A stretch of DNA of 63,756 bases, filler included, from Parasitella parasitica NRRL 2501 (lineage: Eukaryota; Fungi; Mucoromycota): the NCBI GenBank assembly GCA_025201805.1. It is 15 parts of 15 records of this genome, joined end to end, with 100 filler letters (N's around TTAATTAATTAA, not from the genome) between each part and the next. Parts side by side here need not be neighbours in the genome. Positions count along the whole stretch, not along the records: positions 1 to 5,939 come from MU619468.1; positions 6,040 to 7,537 come from MU619627.1; positions 7,638 to 10,044 come from MU619562.1; 12 more parts are not named here. One strand, written 5' to 3'. Position numbers and translations under genes: made by a program. The number at the start of each line of letters is the position of its first letter. Positions within the stretch are counted from its first letter, which is position 1. Shown in pieces: positions 1 to 9,856 of this stretch. The notes below the pieces were generated by a model that did no database searches, was not told where the DNA came from, and worked only from the letters and a program-made list of their open reading frames with translations.

Positions 1-94
1 CACCAGCAAAAGTACTCAGCTTGCCAAAGACAGTTGGTTTTTTGATCCCGTAAGCCGAATTTCTCTAAGAAAAAATACGATGATGGTAAGTTTT

Positions 95-308
95 TGTAAT
101 ATTTGAAAGGTTGCTATAAGTAGATTTATAGTTGAAATGGATGTTTCTTTATTGTTATAAACTGTTAAGGTATTTATACTAAATGATGTTGCTACGGATA
201 ATGATATTGCTATGGATTCGGGCATGAAGTTTGAATTGTCTGCGGGCATGGAATATATATGGCAGTTATATTGATGCATACTGACTTTGTCAGGTGACGG
301 ATGTCACA
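95..308 (-). repeat. 3' LTR
   Basis: Direct repeat of 4931-5144; TGTAA...TCACA termini. Confidence 0.95.
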
Positions 309-320
309 TCATTCTCCCCT

Positions 321-3300
321 TCATTTTGAGTACCACTTCCTGAGATCACCGATGTTTGCCTTCGATATGGTCCTTGGGTTTTGCTTGTTGTAAATTTGGT
401 AGGCAGTTTCTTCCTTGTTGGTTGCCTTTGTAATTACCCATGGCCCTATCCATCGTTCCTTGGGAAAGCTTCCCATCTTCATGTTTTTCCTAGCTACTAA
501 ATCCCCTGGCTTGTACTTGTCTTGAGTTCTTCTGCCTCGATCATATTGCTTTTTCTGTTGGTCTTGAGCCTTTCTGATATTTGCAATGGCCTTTGCATGT
601 ATCATTGGTACAGTTCGGTTCAAGAATGTTCCCCACTTGCGGATAGGTATTCTGTCAGTTTCATCAAACTGGATAGCTGGTATGAGCGGTAGTTTGGCTT
701 CTCTTCCATGCATGATTCGAAACGGTGTCAGTTTTGTACTTGATTGTGTAGCAGTGTTGTAGGCAAAAGTTACAAAGGGCAGATAATCGCACCAGTCGTT
801 TGGCTCTTGTCCCACCACGATAGCCAAGCTTGCCTTCAGCGTTCTGTTCAGTCTTTCTACCAATCCATCGGTTTGTGGATGTTCCACCGAAGTTAAAGAC
901 CTTGAGATTCCTAGTCTATTCAATACCGTTGTCATTGCGTCCGAAACATAACTTGATCCATTATCCGAGATGATTCTCTCCGGCAATCCATATTTCAATA
1001 CTACTTCATATAACAGTACTTGAGCTATCATATCGCTATCAAACGTATTCAGAGCACAAGTGACAGCCCATTTCGATAGATATTCCATAAGTACTATAAC
1101 GTATTTGTTGCCATGCTTTGATGTGGTGAGTGTTGCTATGTCTGATGCCCAGATCTGGCCAATTCTAGTAGGGGTAATAGGTTTCATCGGCGGCTTGCGG
1201 TTATCGTTTCTTACTTTGTATGTCTGGCATCCCTCGCAGCATCTTACCCAATTCGTTACATCTTCCGTGATGCTGTCCCACCATCCAAGTCGTTTCACCT
1301 TCTTGATTGTCTTTTCAACGCCAAAGTGTCCGCCTTGATTGTGTGAAAAGTGAAGTACCTTTTCTATCAATGCTAGTGGTATTACTGGTACTGTAAGGTC
1401 TTCCTCTTGATAGCATACTAGTTCATTCACCCACTTGAAGGGTTTCTTGATACCGTCCTGTAGCATGAGTGAAATCTTGGCGTCCACCAGCTGTAACTTC
1501 TTGATATCCTTGGCCGTGATACTTCCTATGTCTATATCTGCAGTCTGACTGTTCTGGTCCAGTCGTGATAGTGCGTCGGCATCTACATTCAATGTTCCTT
1601 TTTTGTGAATAATGTTGTACGGGTGGTATTCTTGTAAGGCCACGATCCACCTGGCTATGCGTCCTCTTGGTAGTTTGGTCCCTAAGATTGACTTCAGTGC
1701 CATGTGATCTGTATATATGTTAAGTTCTGCTCCATATATGTATGGGTGGAAGTGCTGTAAAGCCCATACGATTGCTAAACACTCGATTTCAGTGGTGCTG
1801 TAATTCTGTTCTGCAGTGGTTAGTGTTTTGCTTGCAAACGCTATTGGCTTTCCATTTTGTACTAGACAGGCTCCTAAACCCGTGTTCGATCCATCGCAAT
1901 GCAAGTCATAAGGACAGTTCGGGTTTGGGTATACCAGTGTTGGTAATGTCATCAATTCCTGCCTAATACTGTCGAAAGCTTCTTGTTCTCTGGCTGTCCA
2001 CTGGAATGACTGCGTGTCCTTTAGCAAATGATACAACGGTCTGGCCTTGCTGGATAAACTGTTGATGAACTTATGGTAAAAGTTGGCAAATCCTAGAAAT
2101 CGTAACAGTGCCTTTTTGTTCTCTGGAGCTTTCCAATCTTTTACTACCGCCACCTTCTCCGGATTTGATCTGATGCCTTCGCCATTTACTATGAATCCGA
2201 GAAATTTCACTTCTTGTTGGAACCATTGACATTTCTTGATTGTGATCTTGAGGTTGTATCTATTTAGCCGTTCCATCACCCGAGTGACATCTTCTACGTG
2301 TTCTTCATAGGTCCTGCTGAAGATTAAAATATCATCACAAAAGTTGCACGTTCTAGGTAATCCTTTTAGCACGATCGACATTAACCTAGCAAAGCTGCTT
2401 GGTCCCGTAGAAATCCCGTAAGGTAGCGAAGTAAATTCGTATAAGGACCCGTTGGCTTGGAACGCCGTTCGCTTTCTGCTGCCGTCTGTGCTATTCAAAG
2501 GTAGTTGCCAAAATCCTGACTTCAAGTCGCAGGACGAAAAGTAGCGATATCCGCGAAGCTTTTCTAACAAGTCTGGAATTAGTGGTAATGGGAACTCATC
2601 CTTTATGACGACCTTGTTGAGGTTTCGGTAATCGACACAGAATCTGAACGTTCCATCTGGTTTCTTGATCAGTATGACCGGCGAACACCAATCGCTCTGG
2701 CTGGGTACTATAACTCCTTTCGCCAGCATAGTTTTCACCTCGGCTGCGATTGCTGCGTTCTCTGCTGCTGATCTTCTAAAATCCCTGGTGACAATGGGCT
2801 TTGCATCTCCAGTGTTGATGGAATGTTCGTATGGTGCTGTAGTCTTGTTCTGTATTGTCGCCTCACTGGTCAGGTTCGGGAACTTCTTCAATATTTCGTC
2901 CACTGTCGTTTCCATATTGTTGGTGAATTCCACTTGATTCCTTTTGCTGATCTTTCTTTCCTTGGCTTGTATAATGATGTCTTCTTTTTCCAACCAATCC
3001 ATTCCTAGAATGATGTCCTCATTTTGTTGTTCTACCACATAAACATACGCTTTACTTTGTTCTTCCGTGCCAAATGTAAAATTCATGATTGCCTTCTTTG
3101 TCGTGTACTGTCGAGAGTTGTTTCCATACGATATAGCGATACCTGGTGTTGAAATAATCTCTAGCTTGAGCTCCTCTGCTATCGCCTGTTTGATTGAACT
3201 GATTGTTGACCCGGTATCTACCAATGCTTTGCGTATGAACTGTTCTTCCTTCATTTTGACCTCCACCTTGAATCTATTCCCTGTGTAGAATGATCTTTCA

Positions 3301-4904
3301 GCTTCCTGGCTATTGTTTATCATCAAATGAGCGAACACATTTTCCTCCTCTCCGCGTTGCACCTGTTGAGTGTTTTGTGTCTTCTTCGTACTCCAGCAAT
3401 CCCTGCTTATGTGTCCCACCTTGTGACACTTGAAGCATTCTCTTGTCTCCTTACGCTTGTTCATCTTCTTGTCAGACCTATTGTCAAATTTCTTCTTGTT
3501 ACCATGCTTGTACTGGTAGTTCTGTTGTGCGGGAGCATACTCTTCCTTGGCTTGATTCAGTTCCGGTTTGATTGGTCCCATGTAAGTGTCAGCTTGATTG
3601 TTGGCCAAAGATCTCTCTATGTCAGTAGCCACTCTAATACCATCGTCCAAGTTAGTTACTCTGGACATAATCACAGCTCTTTCCAGTTCGGGTTTCAGCT
3701 TATCCCTCAGATAATCCAGCTGAATGTTCGGCAGAAATAGACCTGCTCTCTGCAAAAGCGTCTTCAACTCTGGCCCGAACACCTTCATTGGCTTGTTTCC
3801 TTGCTTGTACGTTTTCAATTCGTTGAAAGCTGCTAACGTTGGGTCGTCTCCCAATGCGTGTTGACGCAAGAATTCCTGTTTGACCTTTTCCCAGGATTGT
3901 GCTATTGCTGGATCCAAACCAATATACCAATCGAGTGCTGTTCCTGTGAGGACTCCCACTAGCTCTTCTGCTTTCTCTTCCTCCTTGAATCCCAAGTACT
4001 TAGCCAATACTTCGTATCGCTGTAGCCATTGTTCCGCATCAAATGCTGAGCCCTTCTCGAATGTAGTGAATCGATGACGTTTTCTCCTCTCCAAGTAGAC
4101 TTGTCTCATATCCTTGCTTGGTGCATCCTCCTTTCTGGTGGTCGGTGTGCTTTCCGTCTTGGTGTTCATGTTGGATCGTGCAATCGTATTCTCCAACATA
4201 GTAATGTGCTGTCGCAATAGTCGCAACTCTTCACATTCCGTATCCGTGTCGACCAATTGAGGTTCTCCTTGGTTATTCCTCTGTAATGTCACAGCCGGAA
4301 AATAGCGAGCTGTACTCATCATATGGTAATCCTGTGCCAATAGCAAGTCTTGACACACGGCTAAGGTAGGCCATTGCAAGTTCTGTACGGCCTGATTTAC
4401 CTCTCCTCCTGATGCTGAATGTAACAAGTACAACATCCTTTCGCTTAAGCGAGCTCTCTCGCTGTCCAATAGCCCGTCGTAGTGAGCTATCAATTGTTGC
4501 ATTTCCATGGCTTTCGTTTCTTGTTCGGCAATGATGAATTGAAGCTGGTGTCGCTTCGTCGGGTGAATGTGGTCTAATGTATTCCTGATCACCTCCGCCC
4601 TGTTAAGGCTGTCTGTCGCCGTAACTGCCATCTCTTGCCTATCTATCATGACATAGCGAACCATTGCTTCGTAATGGTCCCTACATGCTTGTATTTGGTC
4701 TTGTAGGGTTTCACCGTCCACACGGGATCCATCATCCTCTCGGACACCTTGTACGTCCGTGAAGTCCATGAGAGTAGCTCGACTCTCCCTCCTCCTGGCA
4801 TCTACAGAGGCAACGTTAGCTTGACCGAATTCGGTAACTGGGTCTGGGGAAGGAACCGCAGTTGGGTGAGCAGTAGCAGGATCGGGGTTAACAGGGTTAG
4901 ACAT
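321..4904 (-). CDS. Gag-Pol polyprotein, 1527 aa, single ORF (Gag, CCHC knuckle, protease, RT, RNase H, integrase)
   Basis: CFKCHKVGHISRDC zinc knuckle; ALVDTGS aspartic protease; RT motifs RFCVDYRNLN, DLKSGFWQ, PYG and FCDD; RNase H CDGS...EIECLAIVWAL; integrase HHCC plus WASD...SDNG...GLVER. The PR-RT-RH-IN order is Ty3/Gypsy. Confidence 0.97.
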   Translation of the reverse strand: MSNPVNPDPATAHPTAVPSPDPVTEFGQANVASVDARRRESRATLMDFTDVQGVREDDGSRVDGETLQDQIQACRDHYEAMVRYVMIDRQEMAVTATDSLNRAEVIRNTLDHIHPTKRHQLQFIIAEQETKAMEMQQLIAHYDGLLDSERARLSERMLYLLHSASGGEVNQAVQNLQWPTLAVCQDLLLAQDYHMMSTARYFPAVTLQRNNQGEPQLVDTDTECEELRLLRQHITMLENTIARSNMNTKTESTPTTRKEDAPSKDMRQVYLERRKRHRFTTFEKGSAFDAEQWLQRYEVLAKYLGFKEEEKAEELVGVLTGTALDWYIGLDPAIAQSWEKVKQEFLRQHALGDDPTLAAFNELKTYKQGNKPMKVFGPELKTLLQRAGLFLPNIQLDYLRDKLKPELERAVIMSRVTNLDDGIRVATDIERSLANNQADTYMGPIKPELNQAKEEYAPAQQNYQYKHGNKKKFDNRSDKKMNKRKETRECFKCHKVGHISRDCWSTKKTQNTQQVQRGEEENVFAHLMINNSQEAERSFYTGNRFKVEVKMKEEQFIRKALVDTGSTISSIKQAIAEELKLEIISTPGIAISYGNNSRQYTTKKAIMNFTFGTEEQSKAYVYVVEQQNEDIILGMDWLEKEDIIIQAKERKISKRNQVEFTNNMETTVDEILKKFPNLTSEATIQNKTTAPYEHSINTGDAKPIVTRDFRRSAAENAAIAAEVKTMLAKGVIVPSQSDWCSPVILIKKPDGTFRFCVDYRNLNKVVIKDEFPLPLIPDLLEKLRGYRYFSSCDLKSGFWQLPLNSTDGSRKRTAFQANGSLYEFTSLPYGISTGPSSFARLMSIVLKGLPRTCNFCDDILIFSRTYEEHVEDVTRVMERLNRYNLKITIKKCQWFQQEVKFLGFIVNGEGIRSNPEKVAVVKDWKAPENKKALLRFLGFANFYHKFINSLSSKARPLYHLLKDTQSFQWTAREQEAFDSIRQELMTLPTLVYPNPNCPYDLHCDGSNTGLGACLVQNGKPIAFASKTLTTAEQNYSTTEIECLAIVWALQHFHPYIYGAELNIYTDHMALKSILGTKLPRGRIARWIVALQEYHPYNIIHKKGTLNVDADALSRLDQNSQTADIDIGSITAKDIKKLQLVDAKISLMLQDGIKKPFKWVNELVCYQEEDLTVPVIPLALIEKVLHFSHNQGGHFGVEKTIKKVKRLGWWDSITEDVTNWVRCCEGCQTYKVRNDNRKPPMKPITPTRIGQIWASDIATLTTSKHGNKYVIVLMEYLSKWAVTCALNTFDSDMIAQVLLYEVVLKYGLPERIISDNGSSYVSDAMTTVLNRLGISRSLTSVEHPQTDGLVERLNRTLKASLAIVVGQEPNDWCDYLPFVTFAYNTATQSSTKLTPFRIMHGREAKLPLIPAIQFDETDRIPIRKWGTFLNRTVPMIHAKAIANIRKAQDQQKKQYDRGRRTQDKYKPGDLVARKNMKMGSFPKERWIGPWVITKATNKEETAYQIYNKQNPRTISKANIGDLRKWYSK

Positions 4905-4918
4905 ATTTGGAATTTTAG

Positions 4919-4929
4919 CTTCTCCACCA
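4919..4929 (-). promoter_or_regulatory. Primer-binding site, probably tRNA-Ala
   Basis: TGGTGGAGAAG is complementary to a tRNA 3' end ...UUCUCCACCA; the UCCA-CCA end fits tRNA-Ala (G3:U70, A73). Confidence 0.65.
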
Positions 4930-4930
4930 A

Positions 4931-5144
4931 TGTAATATTTGAAAGGTTGCTATAAGTAGATTTATAGTTGAAATGGATGTTTCTTTATTGTTATAAACTG
5001 TTAAGGTATTTATACTAAATGATGTTGCTACGGATAATGATATTGCTATGGATTCGGGCATGAAGTTTGAATTGTCTGCGGGCATGGAATATATATGGCA
5101 GTTATATTGATGCATACTGACTTTGTCAGGTGACGGATGTCACA
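4931..5144 (-). repeat. 5' LTR
   Basis: Direct repeat of 95-308; followed on the minus strand by the PBS. Confidence 0.95.
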
Positions 5145-6039
5145 GTTTTTTAGTATTCTTGAAGCCGAGTAATATTATATGCATAGTAACCACAAGAACT
5201 TACAAATAGTGCCCTCTTGTCATTCAAAAGAAGACTTTCTTTGCTTCTTAGAGGTGCATTTCTGTCCGCAAAATACATGCCAGTTGCATTATTTCCATCA
5301 GTGCGGTGTTCTCCTTTTGCTATACAGAAGCGGCAGCCATATGTGCTAGGTGCAAGATAGATTAATGATGTTGCGTTGCGTGCTGGAACCTTGAATATAC
5401 TTACGACATATGTCTTTGAAAGTTCAGCATTCTATTTGCCTCGATACCATCACCATTTATAAAAATTATATACACTTTGCACTTCACCGCTGCTTCACCA
5501 TTTGCTTTGACAACAAGAGTTTTTTCGGATAGAAGATTGACTTCATCTATTATGGGCGCCAGAAAAAAATCAAAATCTCCTTTTGCTTTGCTTGGTAGTA
5601 TTGCTATTTGAAATGTGGCATGGCGTGCATATCTATATTTCAATATGGTGGTTACTATCCTTTGTGTTTATGAAGCTTTGTACCATATGCAACTCTACAA
5701 TACCTCTCAGCACTATCCAGATTTAGCAAAACACCATGAATCATGACCAAAGAATTGTGGGAATGTGTGCATGTGAAGCCATCAATATCGATCTTGAGAT
5801 ACAAGTTCAACACATCGGCATCATTATTGAGAATTTTGGACTCGTACAACGATTTGAAAATTTTGCCGTCGTAAATATCACCGTATTCATCGTTGCTCAT
5901 GGTCATCTGTGCTTGGCGCTCAATCAAGTTTTCTCGGATNNNNNNNNNNNNNNNNNNNNNNNNNNNNNNNNNNNNNNNNNNNNTTAATTAATTAANNNNN
6001 NNNNNNNNNNNNNNNNNNNNNNNNNNNNNNNNNNNNNNN

Positions 6040-6470
6040 TGCTTATTTTACAGCTTATTTGAAGAATGACTTTTGTTGACATTCTCTCACTTGTATTGTA
6101 GTTGAGATTTCGATATGTTGGTATTGAAATTGATACTATGATTTTGGGCAGGATTGTAATATTTGAGGATCCTGATTATTTCTAATGCGACTGAGTTTTC
6201 CTTATTGTGTAATAAACAAGCCATTTCTGGCATCTAGAATTATTGCAATTGCTGAAACAATTGCATTGTTTATAATACATGTTTGGAATTTGTTTATTTG
6301 TGATTATGAGCAGCGTTGTTCAACATTAGCATGTGCCAGGGTTGTAGGAGATTGTACTTTGATCAGGAGTGCAAGCCTCTACCAACACTTGTTAATGTTT
6401 ACTTGTGCTTTTCATGTATTTCTTTCTTGGATGGATCAGCCATGATCCATCTGGATTTTATTTTAATGTA
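6040..6470. repeat. Dispersed repeat; inverted copy at ~11770-12185, partial copy at ~34810-34940
   Basis: Near-identical reverse-complement match, e.g. gcttattttacagcttatttgaagaatgac versus gtcattcttcaaataagctgtaaaataagc. Confidence 0.85.
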
Positions 6471-6519
6471 ATTTTGGCACCATACGATAGGTGCCATTTC
6501 ACTGCACAAGCAATGGCAT

Positions 6520-6880
6520 AAAGTGGGAAGATTATGTGCAGTATTTTTTAGTTTTGTTTATTATTTTTTTAAAAAATCGCGATTAATTTGGCTAAGTCAA
6601 CACCAAAATTCTAAAAACAAAAAAACAGGGTTTCCCCCTGTTTTGATGTTAGCGGGGCTTGAAATTCGACCAAAAATAGAAATTGGTAGATTTTCAATGA
6701 ATACCCCACCCTAAATAGCTGGAAAATGCCTTACCACACTTCACAGCTTCGGATAAAATGGCCCATCTCAAGAACTGCTAGGGTAAGCACAGCCGATGAG
6801 TAGAAACAGCCTACATGCTCCTGTATGACCCGGATAAAGACCTAATGTCAAATTTCAATGATAGGCCATCCACTTGACAT
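6520..6880. repeat. Dispersed repeat, probable DNA transposon terminal segment; inverted copy at ~46660-47050
   Basis: Shared aaaacagggtttccccctgtttt palindrome and ~300 bp of reverse-complement similarity. Confidence 0.8.
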
Positions 6881-7637
6881 GAAAATAGAACCAAACCTAA
6901 TAATGTAAAACAAAAATGATTTTTCAGTTAGCAAAAAAGCTCTTACAGAAACATAATAAATGGTAATACCTGAATGAACTACTGCACTAGAAAGATGACA
7001 TTCTGTATATTTTTTTCTCGTGATAGGTTCTATAAAAAACGCGTATGAGAGTTTAAGTTAGTGTCCTTTAGAAAACGTGGGGAATATTCGACTTTACCCA
7101 CAATCAAAGAGGTTTAACGTATAATACTAGCAATAATGAACACAAAGTGCATGCGTTTGCATCGTAGATAATCAAAGATAGGGGTATATAGTAGTAACAT
7201 AATAGCGTAGTAGTAGAAGTAGAGAAGCAGCAAAAAAAAGAGGTGGGGTTGCCAATTTTTTAATACGCCTAATAGTGACCGTATTTTTGCGTAAACAGTA
7301 AATGCATGCATTACAGTAAACAATATAGTGCCAAAACTAAGGGTAAAACTATAATCTGGTGCACCAAAGCTAAGTGACAAGATAGAATTAATGTTGTTGA
7401 ATGCGGTACTTTTCATGTTTTGAAAATTGGTTGCTTGGATGAAAAGTTATTTCAACCAAAAGTCTTAGTGAAAAGAGAAGAAAATGGGAAAAATAGTTAT
7501 TTCAGGTCTCATTATTCTTTTGTAGACTTTTAGTTATNNNNNNNNNNNNNNNNNNNNNNNNNNNNNNNNNNNNNNNNNNNNTTAATTAATTAANNNNNNN
7601 NNNNNNNNNNNNNNNNNNNNNNNNNNNNNNNNNNNNN

Positions 7638-7752
7638 AAAATCACTGGTATACCAAATTACAGCCAATCAGGGATTTGTATGTGGACCAACCTGGACCAA
7701 CCTGGACCAACCTGACCAACCTGGGCCAACCTTTTCTTAAAATCACTGGGTA
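7638..7752 (+). repeat. Left repeat array: ~100-bp unit with nested (GGACCAACCT)n decamers and a CCAAT box
   Basis: aaaatcactggtataccaaattacagccaatcagggatttgtatgt, then ~5 decamers, then ttttcttaa and the start of a second unit. Confidence 0.93.
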
Positions 7753-7795
7753 TGGCTTTTAAAATTTATTTTCTCTTGAATTCTTATAAATTGTC

Positions 7796-8017
7796 ATGGA
7801 TGCAAACATCTGTAAAGGCAAAATAACAAGGGACATGGCCCTCTGCATTTTTTTTTGCCAGGAATATAGCGAAGACAATGCAAAAATTTTGTCTAAAAAA
7901 CTTGAAGCCATGAAAGTTTTAGAGATTTGCTATACAAATGACCCGAATTTACCAATGTTGATGTCGCTAATAAGGATACAAACCAACTCATCAGAATATC
8001 ACAAGTACTCATCGTGA
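7796..8017 (+). CDS. 73-aa protein, stand-alone paralog of the N-terminal domain of the 9855-8549 gene
   Basis: Ungapped alignment with the N-terminus of the facing gene gives 28/62 identities (ITR..A.CIFF..E...N...L...L.....LEICYT.DPN.PML...S.YH.Y). Confidence 0.8.
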   Translation: MDANICKGKITRDMALCIFFCQEYSEDNAKILSKKLEAMKVLEICYTNDPNLPMLMSLIRIQTNSSEYHKYSS

Positions 8018-8548
8018 CAAATGGCACGAATATACATTACCCCTTTAACAATCTTGTTTTTGAAAACAAACTCCAGTCAATGAATCAAAAATGGGCATAA
8101 ACCCATACAACTTCAATTTTTGTAATTGAAATAAAATCTAACAATAATAAATAAGTATTACTATTATATTACGTCTGTCATGAAGCTCATCAAGTTTTTT
8201 TTTGATTTTGAAGACTATGTTAATTAATAGCGAGTCAGTAACTAGAACTTACGGTCGTCTGCATTGAGCGAAACAGCACTTTGAGATGGCTATTCTGCGA
8301 ATTGTAATAAAGTAAACGCTATCATGTCAAGATTTTTAACTGAGATAGCAAAAATAACTATTTTAAACTTTTTATGTCTACATAATTAATGTCAATCGAC
8401 AGATCAGAAAGTGTGAATATAGCACATTTTCCATGAAATCGTTAATTATTTTGTAAAATTTGATTGTATTCTCTGCTATCTTTAATTTTTTTTTATGAAT
8501 ATGATCTTTATATGAGTAACTAATAATTAAAACACGTAGAGTGACAAG

Positions 8549-9855
8549 TCATGGCATCAGAGATCGTCGTACTGGAGCAGAGCGACAATCGAAAAGCTGA
8601 AGTACAGTCTCATCTGAAAGAATCTGCTCCCTGGTTAAGTAATAAGCTTCGTTGTGAGATTCGATATTGTCGATCACTATGTTTTTTACAGTCTTATGAT
8701 CACTATAACAATTGCATTAGAGGACATGATAATTTAAGCATATTGCTGCATTACCGAAGAAATTGGACCAAGTCAGGTTTGTTTGTTGTTAAACCAGCGA
8801 AGTCGATTGCCACAATTGTAACTGGATAATAAGCAGCTGCTAAAAATTGCAGAAAATCTAAAGCAAATTGTTTTAATTTAAGAGGAATCTTCGTAACACT
8901 TCAATGTATTACCTTGAGTGTTTCCTTTAGTCCTTGGGATGACGGTGGTTTTAGTGGTATCACGTTTTACAAAGATTTCATCTGAAGCAGAGCTGTATGA
9001 ACCAAACACCATGTCCACGGAAGAAGCTTTCATCAACTTGTCCACCATACTTTCCAAAAGACGGAGTCTTGTCGTGATTGATTCCTTTCCAGGCAATTTC
9101 CTTACATAACCGATAATTTTACATCCATTGCTTATGAGTTCGTGTAATCTGGCTTGATGTGTTGCTCTAACATTTAGTATTTGTCTAGCTATTGATTCTA
9201 TAGTAAAAAAGAAAAAAACATGAAAATCAAAGGTATGAAAGTATCAGTTTTATTAACTAGTATAATATACCTCGATGTATGCTTTTTAAAACCCATAGGG
9301 AGCGGTATCTTATCTTAGTCTTGGAGGCATCGTTTTTTTGAAATTTGCGGGTTTGGTCAGCAAGCATTAGATCTAACTTGGCTGCGCCGCACCATGTAGA
9401 AAATGATCTTGATGTTTTCTCGTCAAATAGATCGGTAATTACAACAGTTTCTGAGTAAATCTGTTTCATTGATATTTGCTTTTGTTCGTACATGTCACTA
9501 TCCACCGGTTGACCAGATCGATATACTTTGTTCAGGTATTGGATAAGTTGTCTCTGGTTAGCTAGTAAAGTCGTTAAATTAATACATAACAAAACACTCT
9601 TCTTTATCACTTACTTATAATAATTTGTTCTTGAAGATTGGTTGATTTTGGGAGGTCATCTTTGTATCGATGGTAGTAGGATGGAAAGCCATTCACTTTT
9701 AGCTTAGTTTGGAGCATGGGCTTATTGGGATCATCGGTATAGCAAATCTCCAACCCACAAAGTTTTCCGAGGTCTTCTTTGAGTTTTTCAGAGTTTTCAT
9801 TTGTAAATTCTTCGTTAAAAAAAATACATATAGCATGATTTCGTGTTATTGACAT
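8549..9855 (-). CDS. 5-exon, 357-aa protein: conserved N-terminal domain, central region and C-terminal serine-recombinase (resolvase)-like domain
   Basis: Exons 9855-9615, 9561-9271, 9197-8913, 8857-8755 and 8702-8549. All four introns are GT-AG, 52-73 nt, and the frame stays open throughout (1074 nt). The C-terminal half reads KIIGYVRKLPGKES...RLRLLESMVDKL...VDMVFGSYSS...KRD...GNTQDFLQFL...VTIVAIDFAGLTTNKPDLVQFL...VKNIVID. The gene model is well supported; the fold call is pattern-based. Confidence 0.75.
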
Positions 9856-9856
9856 T

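Larger units (their letters stand above)
95..5144 (-). mobile_element. Full-length Ty3/Gypsy LTR retrotransposon
   Basis: Two 214-bp TG...CA LTRs (95-308, 4931-5144) that read as identical. 5-bp TSD GTTTT at 90-94 and 5145-5149. PBS TGGTGGAGAAG just inside the 5' LTR and polypurine tract AGGGGAGAATGA (320-309) before the 3' LTR. One gag-pol ORF between them. Confidence 0.97.
1..5939 (-). pseudogene. CACTA/EnSpm-type transposase gene, partial and spliced, with the Ty3 element inside one intron
   Basis: Exon peptides GDIYDGKIF...KIDIDGF...MIHGVLLNL, FQIAILPS...FFLAPIIDE...INGDG, TYGCRFCIAKG...GMYF, and beyond the LTR element RNSAYGIKKPTVFGKLSTFAG (64-1). They are collinear with the transposase at 19452-22083. 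Confidence 0.8.

Noticed and set aside
16-279. ORFs MHQYNCHIY... at 16-279 and 4915-5115
   Set aside because: Incidental frames in the two LTRs.
5940-6039. Recurrent TTAATTAATTAA flanked by N runs (also ~7582, 10089, 22127, 26832, 27954, 29598, 30759, 32920, 34425, 38112, 46323, 49028, 62536)
   Set aside because: Artificial contig linker with stops in all six frames; not biological. Neighbourhoods across it were not used as evidence.
7638-7752. CRISPR-like reading of the repeat arrays
   Set aside because: The sequence between decamer runs is itself conserved, so there are no unique spacers; the context is eukaryotic and there are no cas genes.
8551-8829. Plus-strand ORFs 8551-8829 and 8918-9109
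   Set aside because: Antisense shadows of the spliced minus-strand gene.
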